A program made the translations under genes and the position numbers. Below, one piece after another: positions 42,428 through 55,260 of a DNA stretch of 64,000 nt. How positions within the stretch are numbered: position 1 is the stretch's first letter; every line of letters starts with the position of its first letter. Where the stretch lies: the NCBI RefSeq assembly GCF_009914755.1, contig NC_060941.1; one strand, written 5' to 3'. The notes under the pieces are model-generated. The model saw only the letters and a program-made list of their open reading frames with translations, had not been told where the DNA came from and ran no database searches. The stretch is from the human T2T-CHM13v2.0 reference genome, Homo sapiens.

Positions 42428-43722
42428 AGGATTCTTTATAGTCAAATCAACATCCTAACTTTTCCTGAGGGGTCCTCACCCCCTTTAGCAGCCCTATAAA
42501 CCCATTTTGTTCTCTCTGAGTACCTTTTCCTGTAGGAACAAAATGGGGACGTTCCCCAGGCTGGATTGCTTGCCAGGGAGTGAGCCTCCACGTCTTTCTC
42601 TGCTGCCTTCATGGCTCTCTCCAACCCTTGACCTTTCAAACACTCATGGGAAAGAAAGCCAATAATCTGTGATGCAATGGGAACTTTAACCATCCCACCT
42701 CCCTCCCACCTCCTCTGTGACTCTTAACTGAACTTCCTACAAACCCTGGCTCTACCTGATAGGGTGGTGGTTATTTTAATGGCCAGGAACCAAGAGGTTA
42801 GTGTTCTGTTGCAAAAATACCATTAACTTAAGAACAAAGTGAAATCCATTATGCAAATCAGCCAGGGCAGCTAATTACAGATTTATTCAGAGGCAGCTAA
42901 TGCACCCAGCACCCAAATAAAGGAGCATGTCTTGCTGGTGGGTGGCCCGGCAGAGGGACCCCTCTCTGTCAGTTGTCTGTGAATACTGCTGAGCATCTTT
43001 TGCTAAAAGAATCGCCCTGGGCCTCAGAGGGCACACTTCCTCCTAGCACACAATGAGGCAACTAAGAGACGTTAGAGTGTCTGGAATCTTTCCGAGGGAG
43101 ACGATTCTGGAGTGAGACAGGCTTAGGTTTGACATTGTGCTCTATTCCACACCAGTTGTGTGATCTTGGAAAAGTTTCTTGACTTCTCTGTGCCTCACTT
43201 TTTACGATAGGGCTCTGAGAGGATTAAATGAGACTTTTGTGAAATACTTGGCCCAATGTCTAGCACCTTTCAATAAGGGGCAGTCCCTTATTGACCCATT
43301 CTGGGTCAGCTGCATTCTGTTCCATTGAGCAACAGTGGGAGGAAAGGCAGGAGGAGACAGATGGGTGCAACAACCACAGATACCAAGGGGAGTGGCAGCA
43401 GGAAAGAGGGAGAGGGATCCTTGGGTAGGAGACTCTCAGAAGCGCACAATCCTCCTCTTTGCCAGGAGGACAGGAATTTGGACGGGCTTTGGAACTGGAC
43501 CTGGCTCTAAATCTCAGCTCTGACACGCTCAGCTGTGTGGTTTGGAACGAGCTGTTGAACCTCTGGTGAGACTCAGCTTTTTTCATCTGTGAAGTAGGGA
43601 TACTAATACCTGTGTCATGGTGCTGGGGTGAGGATAAGTAGGTAATGGGCTTAGAACAGCACCTGGAAAACCATCTTCCTCCTCCTCCTCACCATATATG
43701 TAGTGTTTACAATAAGAAACTA

Positions 43723-44016
43723 GGCTGGGCATGGTGGCTCACGCCTGTAATCCCAGCACTTTGGGAGGCTGAGGCAGGTGGATCACCTGAAGTCAGGAGT
43801 TAAAAACCAGCCTGGCCAACATGGTGAAACCCCGCCTCTACTAAAAATACAAAAAGTAGCCAGGCATGGTGGTGGACACCTGTAATCACAGCTATTAGGG
43901 AGGCTGATGAGGCAGAAGAATCGCTTGAACCTGGGAGGCAGAGGTTGCAGTGAGCCGAGATCACGCCACTGCACTGCACTCCAGCCTGGGTGACAGAGTG
44001 AGACTCCGTCTCAAAG

Positions 44017-44047
<31 letters not shown>
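43723..44047 (+). mobile_element. AluS
   Basis: Sense dimer with (GAAAA)n tail. Confidence 0.92.
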
Positions 44048-44185
44048 CTAAGAGTTGCCTAAGTACCTGACACCTATAACTCATTCCATTCTCCTCACAA
44101 TCTTATGAGAGGGTTGCTGCCGGGTAGTCAGGGTCTTATCCCATTAATGCAAATCACAGAATTACTATACTCTTAAGTCTAGAAT

Positions 44186-44515
44186 AGAGGTTGGCCAGCT
44201 TTATCTATAAATGGCCACGTAGTAAGTATCTTAGCCTTTGCAGGCAACGTGGTCTCTGTTACAATTATTCAACTCTGCCATTGTAGTGTGAAAGCAAGAT
44301 GTAAATAAATGAGCCTGGATGTATTCTAATACAACTTTATTTATAGACACTGAAATTTGAACTTCATATAATTTTCATGTGTCACTCAACATTATTCTTC
44401 TTTGGATTAAAAAAAATCAACAATTAAAAAATTTAAAAACCATCTTGGCTCATGGACCAGACCAAAACAAGCAGAAGGCCAGATTTGGTCCCTGAGTGGT
44501 AGCTTGCTGGCCCTG
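44186..44515. mobile_element. MER58-type hAT-Charlie element
   Basis: CAACTCTGCCATTGTAGTGTGAAAGCA, ACTTTATTTATAGACACTGAAATTTGAA, GGCCAGATTTGG. Confidence 0.75.
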
Positions 44516-47129
44516 GGTGTGGAAGATACCTCAAACTGGTTAACTTGTCCATTTCTGTCTCCAAATAAGTTCATGCCTAAATCATCCCAGGTCAAAAGAC
44601 TGCTACTATGCATTTAAAGACAGGGAAATATCACAGCCCTTCTTAAAAGACCATTCTGATGTCTCATAGCCCCAGTTACGAAAAATGAAAAGTAATGTGA
44701 ATATGCTTTAAAAACCTCTAGAGTGCTAAGTATTCTTACTACTATTGTTATTATTCTATTATTATAAGTCCTTTCTTATGGCTAACCTAATGTACTCAGG
44801 CACACCAATTTATTTGGTTCTTTTACTTAGCAGGGACACAGAGCAGATACTTCCCATTCTCAGAATGGTATCTGAATACAGCTCTACTACCTTTGGGCTA
44901 AAAGCCATTCTAATTCCTTTAGCTTTTACTGATTCTTATTTTCTAAATGATTCATCATCTGTGTGGTTCTTACTTTTCCCCAGGTTTTTCTAGAAGAACC
45001 AGCACAATACCATAATACTACTGATAGATATGAGCATACTTAATGCTATTTGATGATGATTAAAAAAAAACCTTTAGGAGTTGGCAGTTCAGGTGGTTGT
45101 CCAGTGCTTTTCATTCTGTTTAGCTGCTTCCTGTGACAGCGGCATACTAAACATGGGTGGGTTTGGGACATTTGCATATATTCTGGGAACAGACAATGAC
45201 ACATGTGTCAGATCACAAGGTCTGAATCTTTTGTGATGTGTACAGCCAGGATGCTGATTCCAACAGCAAAACCCAGCTCCCTGGCCCATCTCTTTCCTGC
45301 CCCGCCTTCTCCCTTTGAGTCCTACTGTCTAGCTCCTGACCTGGGCTGCCCCTGCTTAGCTGACAGTATCAGACAAGATCACAGCCGTAGGCAGTACAGC
45401 TGCTGGCAGAACCTGGTGGCCCCCTCTGCAGCTGCTGTTTCTTGTGTCTGCGAAGTGTCTGGCTTGTCAGCCACATCCCCTCCCTGGAGCAGTCTTTGTT
45501 AACCAATTCCACCTCGGCCCACTGAACGGAAGATGAAATGCCTAGAGCTCCTCCAAAACCAACAAAGGCAGCAGCCATTACCAAGTCCCCATTCGAATCC
45601 CTTCCCCAAGGTGACTCAGAGCTGGCTTGCTGGGCATTTTTAACCCACAGAGGGGAGAGCTGAAGCTTGGGATGGGAGATGGCAGGTGCAGGGAGAGCCG
45701 TCTCCTCTCCCAATTCCTCCCCACTCCATCCTACACCCTGTCCTGCTACAGTAACTGGTGGAAATCCCTGATCACCAACTCCCTACATCATATCTGAGGC
45801 ATTAGTCGGGCTATAGCAGAGTCAACAAGGCCCTCGGGAGGAATCTTCAATTACCTCTTCCTAGTGCTGGATCAAGCTAGGGTCAGGAGGAAGGAATAGT
45901 TCATACTAAATGCTCTTGACTCAGCTGATGGGCATTCTGGGAGGTGGGAGCTGCACTCTTTTCTAGGGTTCCCTGGCAACCCATGTGCTGGCTTTCAGTC
46001 CTTCTTTGTAGCTAGTCCTGACCATTCATTTCCCGGTCATTTTTTATCCTGCTGATGCCCTTGTCTCCTCTCACCCTTCTCCTTCCCAAACTTACAGCCC
46101 AGGTCTAAGCAGAAAAAAAGAAGACAGGGAGGCCACGAACACAGGGGTGAGAAATTGATGCAGAATGAGCAGTCTATTTGTTGGTATCTAGAAAAAGCCA
46201 TTAAGAAAATAAGCACTTAAATGATTTTCAATCTGCCCATGGAAGCCATCCATCTTCATACTGGGAGGAAAAGGCCCATTCTCCAATCCCGGTTTTGACT
46301 GACTGGTTTCCAATTCTCTAAGCATTTCCCATAGGAGCCTCTCACCTATCTCCCATAATCACAGGCCTTTGCATTTCCAGGCAGTGTTTTACATTTATTT
46401 CCGATTTGCTCATAATGGTCAAAAATCTCTCTCCAATCCAAGGCATTTCTCCAGCAGCGCACGGTTTCCCTCAGGCCAAATAGCTCAGCTGTGATCCACG
46501 GAAAATGAGAATTTCCCAAACACATCTTCGGACTAGGGGAGGGTCTGGCATCACACATTCAGATGGAAAATTTCCCACTGTTATATCAATATCTGGGCTA
46601 AGAAAGAAATGCCACAGGGGCAGAGAGCTGGAGCAAAATGATTACAATCGGCACAATTACATTCACCGGCAGAATCAGCTCGCTGATTACTCCCAGGGAT
46701 GGGGAGCTCCCGCTTCATCCACCACAGGATGGCTTGGGAATTAGAACATCACTCAGCATTTCATAATTCAACAGATATGCCCGTTGTCTTGGCATGAGTT
46801 CATTTTTCCCACATAGTACATCCCTGTAAGAGGAGTCATTTCAAGGAAAGAAGGAAAGAAGGAGGAAAGAAAGGAGGAAGAAACAATGGAAAAAGGGAAA
46901 GGAAATCTCAGAGTATATGAGAGGCCAAAGCTGGTATATTGCAGGCAGAGATTAGAATATGCTGCTCTGGAATTTCCAGGTCAGGGATTTCACATTACAT
47001 CTGCTTAGGTGTGGTTTAAGCCAGGTCTGTCCCAGAATCCCTCCCAGCCAGGACCCCATTGGGTAAAAAGGACTCAAGGAAATACACCTGAGTGACTTCA
47101 TACTTATTTGTTGAGTAAGAAGTTTACTA

Positions 47130-47850
47130 GGGCCGGGCACAGTGGCTCATCTTATAATCCTAGCACTTTGGGAGATCAAGACAGAAGGATCGCTTGAGGC
47201 CGGGAGTTTGAGATAGGCCTGGGCAACATACTGTGTGACTCTTGTGTCTACAAAACACAAAAAATTCGCCAAGTGTGGTGGCTCACGCCTGTAGTCTGTA
47301 GTCCCAAATATTTGGGAGGCCAAGGCAGGAGGATTGCTTGAGGCCAGGAGTTTGAGATAGGCCTCTGCAACACAGCGAGACCCCTATTTCTATACACACA
47401 AAAAATTAGCCAAGTGTGGTGGCATGTGCCTGTAGCCCTAGAAACTTGGAGGGCTGAGGCAGGAGGAGCTCGCTTGCGGCTGCAGTGAGCTGTGAACGTG
47501 CCACTGCACCCCAGCCTGGGTGATAGAGTGAGACCCCATCTCCATTAAAAAAAAAAAAGAAAAAGAAAAAAAAGTTTGGCCAGGTGCAGTGGCCCCTGCC
47601 TGTAATCTCAGCACTTTGTGAGGCTGAGGTGGGCAGATCATGAGGTCAGGAGTTCGAAACCAGCCTGGCCAACAAGGCTCAATACAAAAATGAGCCGGGT
47701 ATGGTGGTGAGCGCCTGTAATCTCAGCTACTCCAGAGGCTGAGGCAGGAGAATTGCTTACACCCGGGGGCAGAGGTTGCAGTGACCTGAGATCGCACCAC
47801 TGCACTCCAGCCTGGATGACAGAGCAAGACTCTGTCTTGGGAAAAAAAAA
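47130..47850 (+). mobile_element. Three-armed AluJ (47130-47572) with an AluS (47578-47850) inserted in its tail/TSD
   Basis: Left-arm sequence (GGAGTTTGAGATAGGCCT) is repeated; AAGTTTACTAGG flanks the whole composite. Confidence 0.8.
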
Positions 47851-49281
47851 AAGTTTACTAGGTAAGTTTTCATTACCTCTGAACCAATCTGAAGTCCTTT
47901 TGGGGGCCACAGAAAAAAGACAGTCAGCTGAGAGCAGGGATTTCCACTGCATCTTTCCTCTGTTGAGCTTCGAAGAGGCAGAGCTCTCGTTGCTATCTCG
48001 CTGGTGGTGAATGCTGGGTAGGCGGGGGCCATGGCAAATGGATTGGGCACGCTGCGCGGCTCTGTGTACTGACACCCGCCCCAGGGCCCACGGTGTCCCT
48101 ACCCCCTCCCAATCTTCTCTTTAATCCCCCCAACCAGATAATGTGGGATTTGGAAGCATGTAATATCCATGAGACTCCATTATAGGCTATTACGAGCTTT
48201 ACACCCACTACCTGGGGGATGTACCAGGCCGCTGCTGGGCAGTGCAGCAGCTGCAATGGAGAAGGACCACGGGAACAGTCCCAAAGGCCAGAGTGACTCT
48301 TCCATTGTTTCTATCCGTTTCCCCCCAAAAGGGAGCTCTGGTCTCTTGTGACAGAGAGGCAGGAAGCATGAAAGAGAAACAGCTTTCACTCCCTTAGGGA
48401 GTAAAAGCATAGAGGGAGGTACAGGGAGAAACAAAATCACAGTCACTGAGTGTATTGGTGGAGCCCTAGGAGACCATCTATCGGTGTTTCTGCATGAGAA
48501 CACCACTGGAATTTGGGGTGGAATCTTCTCGAGCATTGCAGGTGTAGCATCCCGGGCCCCTGCCCACTAAATGTGAGAGGCAGCACCAGGCATTGTGCCA
48601 ACTACAAAAATGGATCATGCCATTTTCAGTTGTCCCTGGGTGGGCGGGTGAGTGGGCGGTACCACCCTGGTGTGGAACCATCAGTTGTTCAACAGGCACG
48701 TTACAGAGGAGGAATCTGGGCCCAGAGAGGTGAGTGACCTAATCAAGGTCATGGGCAAGGTGAAGCCAGGACTAGAGACAGAGCCAGATCTCTCAGTTTA
48801 GGACCCTTTCCACAAAACAGGCAGCCTCTGAGGAATGAGAGACAGAGACAGACACACAGGAAGGGACAAACATATATGACAAGAAAGAAAAAGAGGGAAG
48901 CGGGGAGGGCAGGGGAGAATACAGAACAGAGAGATCAAAATAGTGAATGGGATCAGGGGACAGGAGGAAGGGAAGAAATTTCATCAAACTGACTGAACTT
49001 CCACCACTTCCAAGCCATGGGACATGAAAGAGGACTTAGGATCTCTGCCCTCAAGGGCAGGATGGGTCCTGAGAAGGGGCATAGAGGACAAGAAAACCAA
49101 TAGTGAGAGCCCAAGGGCAGACTTGGGAATGGGCTGGAAATCAGCATGAGAATACTGGGATTCTACCGACTGAATCTAGATGGCTTCACCTCTTCTCTGA
49201 ACATGAGGCCATGACTCCTCTCAGGGCCTACACCTGGACCCGAGATCCCTCCTGAAGGAGAGCAAATGGCCCAGGGCTTTG

Positions 49282-49590
49282 CTTTGTTTTGCTTTGAGAC
49301 AGGGGCTTGCTCTCTCATCCAGGCTGGAGTGCAGTGGTGCAATCATGGCTCACTGCAACCCTGACCTCCCTGGCTAAAGTGATCCTCTCACCTCAGCCTC
49401 CCAAATAGCTGGGATCACAGGCATGTGACACCATGCTTGGCTACTTTTTAAAAATTTTTTACTTTTTGCAGAGACAGGGTCTCATGATATTGCCCAGGCT
49501 GCTAGTGAACAAATTAGTGGCCTCAAGTCATCCTCCTGCCTCAGCCTCCTGAAGTGCTGGGATTACAGGCGTGAGTCGTCACATCAGGCC
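49282..49590 (-). mobile_element. AluJ ending 47 nt before PIPOX exon 3
   Basis: Antisense dimer. Confidence 0.88.
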
Positions 49591-49637
49591 CAGGATTTTG
49601 AAACACACCTTCACCTAGGTGACTTATTTTTTAACAG

Positions 49638-49851
49638 GCAGACTGGATTACTGCTGCTGGGAATGAAAGAGAATCAAGAATTAAAGACAATCCAGGCCAA
49701 TCTGTCGAGGCAGAGGGTAGAACACCAGTGTCTTTCATCTGAGGAACTGAAGCAACGTTTCCCAAATATTCGGTTGCCCAGGGGAGAAGTGGGGCTCTTG
49801 GACAATTCCGGAGGAGTTATCTATGCATATAAGGCCCTCAGAGCCCTGCAG
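49638..49851 (+). CDS. PIPOX: PIPOX exon 3 (QTGLLLLG...LRALQ)
   Basis: Acceptor TTAACAG|, donor CAG|GTAATG; 214 nt, phase 2/0. Confidence 0.97.
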
Positions 49852-50130
49852 GTAATGTCGTATAGCACTGGGGCGATGCAGGTGCTCCCTGCTCTGGGTG
49901 TCCTGGGTCCCAAGCAGCCAGCCCAAGACCCCCCTCTGGATGAGGCCTTTGCCCTGCAGGCTTTAGTCTTGACTTTTCCAGCAGGGCAGTGAAATATATG
50001 CGGCTGGCCTTGTCAATACAGGACAGGTCTAGATTCTGCACTCTTTTCTGCCCCAGGCAAAAGGCTTTCTGTCCACCAGGGTGAACCACATACAGAACTA
50101 ATTCACCTTTCCCTGCTCCTGCCCTTTCAG

Positions 50131-50313
50131 GATGCAATTCGACAGCTAGGAGGCATAGTGCGTGACGGAGAGAAGGTGGTGGAGATAAACCCAGGGCTAC
50201 TGGTCACGGTGAAAACCACCTCCAGGAGCTACCAAGCTAAGAGCTTGGTCATCACAGCAGGTCCTTGGACCAACCAGCTCCTCCGTCCCCTGGGCATTGA
50301 GATGCCTCTCCAG
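50131..50313 (+). CDS. PIPOX: PIPOX exon 4 (DAIRQLGG...EMPLQ)
   Basis: Acceptor TTTCAG|, donor CAG|GTAAGA; 183 nt; ITAGPW motif. Confidence 0.97.
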
Positions 50314-50510
50314 GTAAGAGGAGCTGGAAGCCCGAGAGTTGGTGCTCAAGAGAAGCCTTGGAACCAGATGGAGTCAAATTTGAGTCCTGGATCTGCCTCT
50401 TGCTAGTGGACAACCTTGGGCACATTCATTCACCTCACCGAGCCTCAGTTTTATCATCTGTAATATGGGGGATGATAGCTACCTCATAGGGCTGTTGGAG
50501 AATTAAATTA

Positions 50511-50932
<422 letters not shown>

Positions 50933-51262
50933 GCCCTTAGGACATAACCTGGCTTATAGTAAGCACTCAATAAACCTGAGGTCTTATTAATTCCCGAAAA
51001 GAGACAGAAATATGGCTGGGGGCTGGGTGTAGTTATGGGAGAAAACTAAGAATGGGAGAAGAGACAGAGGCTCAGAGATGTTTGTGCATCATAACACATG
51101 TAACAGGTAAACAACATGAGAAGTGGGAGAGACAAACATGGATGAGTTCAACTGGGTGTCCAGGCTTGTGTTAGAGGGCCGCAGGGGCCCAGAGAAACTG
51201 CTTTCATTGCTGTAGAGTTCCATGGCTTTTCTTCATTTCCCACTTCCTCTCCCTGCCTCAAG

Positions 51263-51409
51263 ACCCTGCGGATCAACGTGTGTTACTGGCGAGAGATGGT
51301 TCCTGGGAGCTATGGTGTGTCCCAGGCCTTTCCGTGCTTCCTGTGGCTGGGCTTGTGTCCCCACCACATCTACGGACTGCCCACAGGAGAGTACCCAGGG
51401 CTGATGAAG
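51263..51409 (+). CDS. PIPOX: PIPOX exon 5 (TLRINVCYW...GLMK)
   Basis: Acceptor CTCAAG|, donor AAG|GTGAGC; 147 nt. Confidence 0.95.
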
Positions 51410-51780
51410 GTGAGCGGAAAGACCGAGATAAGGCAGGTAGATGCCAGTGCAGATTAGGGGAAGCTGCTCTAACTTTCCCCTCCATAGATGCCCTTGGGTC
51501 TCGGGGCCAGCAGCAGGAGCCTGCTTCACTCATGGCGATTTGCAAGGAAAGACCCTCAGCTGCCCTGAGGCCCAGCAAAAGGAGCCCTTCCTTTGCAAAC
51601 ATAGGGTGGTTGCAGGGACCAACAGCTAAGCAGCCTCAGGTGACAGCCCACAGCACCTGCCAGGAGTGGGGAAGGCTGGAATGATGGATGGGGCTGTCCT
51701 GTGTACACGCCTGCCCTTCGGCTGTGGGTGTGTGTGGAAGGCCAGCCCTCACCACTCATGCCACTCTGATTGGGAGCCAG

Positions 51781-51939
51781 GTCAGCTATCACCACGGCAA
51801 CCACGCAGACCCTGAGGAGCGGGACTGCCCCACAGCACGCACAGACATCGGAGACGTCCAGATCCTGAGCAGCTTTGTCAGAGATCACTTACCTGATCTG
51901 AAGCCCGAGCCTGCTGTCATTGAGAGCTGCATGTACACG
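51781..51939 (+). CDS. PIPOX: PIPOX exon 6 (VSYHHG...ESCMYT; covalent-FAD Cys319)
   Basis: Acceptor GCCAG|, donor ACG|GTAAGG; 159 nt; cumulative codon count puts the Cys at 319. Confidence 0.95.
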
Positions 51940-52530
51940 GTAAGGGGTCTGGGCAGCCTTGCTGGGCCCCCTCACCACTCTACAGAAGGGAAGAAGGAGA
52001 CAGACCTTGCACTGGCCAGGCCCGATTGTTTGACCCCTGACATAGTGTGTGACTTTAAACAAACGGGCTCATTTCTGTGGGTAGGTTCACCTCTACCAGG
52101 GAGGGTCCTGTTCGAAATTATTCCTATTCTTCTTCATTAGGAAACTAGGTTATGCCTGGCAGTCGGTCCTTCACTCTGATTCCCAGAAGAGCTCTAAAAG
52201 ATTTTCTGGCAAGCTCCTCCAGTTGAGCAGGCCTTAGGGACAAAGAGAAGAGACAGATGTCACCACGGCCTAAGGCATCTTGGCTAAAGTTAGTTTACAA
52301 AGATTAACTGAACACCTACTGTGTTCGTAGCTCTGTGCGAGAAGAAAGGCAGCCGGACAAATGAAAAAGACTGGCACACCCAGAGGGGCACGGGCATGCG
52401 GAAAGCATCCTTGTGCCTCATTCCATCCTTTCTGGAAAGAAATCCAGCCCATCCCCTTCCAGTTAGAGCCTGCAGTTCTTTCTCTTCCCTCGAGCCTCAA
52501 AGAACACAAGGTGTGACTGTTTCTTTCTAG

Positions 52531-52606
52531 AATACCCCTGATGAGCAGTTCATTCTCGATCGCCACCCAAAGTATGACAACATTGTCATTGGTGCTGGAT
52601 TCTCTG
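52531..52606 (+). CDS. PIPOX: PIPOX exon 7 ([10 protein letters not shown]...GAGFS)
   Basis: Acceptor TTTCTAG|, donor CTG|GTGAGT; 76 nt. Confidence 0.97.
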
Positions 52607-52892
52607 GTGAGTCTGAGCTGGGGGGAATGGGGTGCCTTAAAGCTGACCTACCTCAGTGCCAGGTGAAATGGTATTTTCCACACTCTTAGCTGCCCAGATA
52701 GGTGTGAAGCCTGGACATTGTAGGTATAAGGAGGCTGGGCAGTCAGAAAAGGGGTATTCATGGTGGGAGGCCACTTCTGGCTTTGGGATGTGACCAGGAG
52801 GACAGTCAGCCCTGTCTGGGTAAGTAGGGGATGTCCAGAGAGCTCAACCTCTGTCTGTGAAGCTGCCTGAGAGTCTGCTCTTCCCTTCCTAG

Positions 52893-53023
52893 GGCACGGG
52901 TTCAAGCTGGCCCCTGTGGTGGGGAAGATCCTGTATGAATTAAGCATGAAATTAACACCATCTTATGACTTGGCACCTTTTCGAATCAGCCGTTTCCCAA
53001 GCCTGGGCAAAGCCCACCTTTGA
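52893..53023 (+). CDS. PIPOX: PIPOX exon 8 CDS (GHGFKLAP...GKAHL*; PTS1)
   Basis: Acceptor TTCCTAG|; GFSGHGFK family motif; TGA at 53021-53023; spliced total 390 aa ending AHL. Confidence 0.97.
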
Positions 53024-53115
53024 CCTCTGGCCAGAAGCCTCCCTTCTGTGCACAGGAGCCAGTTTCACAGATGGAGAAGATGTCTCAGATGAAGGGAGTG
53101 TCCCTGAGATATCAT

Positions 53116-53266
53116 CCTTTTCTTCTGCCTCGCCTGAATCCCCCATAAACACCAGATGATTGAGTCTACCTTCTTTCCTTGGCCCGCTCCCTTTTTCTTC
53201 TGCCTCACTTGAATCCCCCGTAAACACCAGACGATTGAGTCTACCTTCTTTTCTTGGCCACCTCCC
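53116..53266 (+). repeat. 75-bp tandem duplication (2 copies, ~90% identical) in the PIPOX 3' UTR
   Basis: TCTTCTGCCTC at 53121 and 53196; GATTGAGTCTACCTTCTTT in both copies. Confidence 0.93.
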
Positions 53267-53419
53267 CATTCACAACTACTTTCTCGCTCCCAGAAGGTTG
53301 ATCAGATATTCTACAATCACAGAGTAGCAAGGACGTTTGAGATGGGTATATCAGTAAGAAGAGGGCACAAGAACTGGCTCTGGAGACCAAAGCAGTTGTT
53401 AAAAATTCTCTTTGCTGGG

Positions 53420-53725
<306 letters not shown>

Positions 53726-53896
53726 CCTCTTTGCTGGTATATTTGAAGAGCTTGGGATGGATTTGACTAAATCTGCCCCGAGGAGGGTGAACAAGGTGAT
53801 CTCAGAGATCACTACTGCTCTTGGAGTTCCTTCTCCTAAAGCTAAGGCCAGCCTCCATCACAAATGCCCATAAAATCTGGCTCGTCTTTGATGAAC

Positions 53897-53921
53897 AATA
53901 AATATTTGTTGAACAAATAAA
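53897..53921 (+). terminator. PIPOX: PIPOX polyadenylation signals (two AATAAA)
   Basis: AATAAA at 53897-53902 and 53916-53921, followed by T/GT-rich sequence (~53952-53967); the first canonical signals I find after the stop. Confidence 0.75.
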
Positions 53922-54686
53922 TAACTGCCCTGCATTAAGTCTGTAGCGGGCTTTCTTTTCTGTGTGACCTCATTTCTTCCAGGCTCTAATTGTCTAAATT
54001 AGCACCACAGAATCCATTAACCCAGGAACCCTTGGAGTCTTTATCCCCTCAATGCGCTGCACCCCCTTTCTCTGGATTCTTTGTCTCCTCCTCACCCCCT
54101 CTCTGGTTGTGTGAAGATGCTCAGCTCCCCAGTCTCTCATTAAGGTGTATTGTCAGGTCCTTATGAAGATGGAGCTGTTATACCAGAAAGAAAGAGAGAG
54201 ACACACTCGCTTAGAAACCCTGTTCAATGTTTGAATGTTAAATGTGCCATTTTATTATCATTAGGATTGCTCCCACTTAATGAAACAGCATTAGCACCGA
54301 GTTGGCTGGCCTCCTTGCACTAATTGCTTTGGAAGGGAACAGGCTTATAACCACCCCAGGGTGGGTGGAGGGGTGAGGGGTGGTAACAGGGACTCGAGCA
54401 AGTCTGGATGCACTCAGATGAAACCCACCTGGAGGATCTCCACATCGGGCCAGTTCAACCCCAGAACAGGAGCTAAAATGCTCTAGAGAGAAAAACTGGG
54501 ACTGGGAGTGGCAGATGTGTTAGGGGGAGTCACAGAGTGGGGAGGAGCAGGCAGTGAGAATGACAGTACAAATATCCCCAAAGGAAATACAACACAGAGG
54601 AAATGGCTCTTCAACTGCCTGAGTCCTTAAGGTCCTAGGCACATGTATTAGCACTGATTCTCCAGTGAGTTATAAAAGCCAGCCAA

Positions 54687-55033
<347 letters not shown>

Positions 55034-55260
55034 TCAGATGGTTCCCTGAACCTCAGCCTCTGTAAAATGGGAGTATTATATCTGTAAATGGGAATAATAA
55101 TGCCAACCAGCTCCACAGGGGTGTCTGAGGATCAAATAAGATCATTCATTCATGCATTTGTTCAAAACACAAATACTGAGTGAGCCTCTATTATGTGTCA
55201 GGCACTATGTGAGGCACCGTAGATACATCAGTGAACAAAACAGATAAAAATCCCTGTTCT

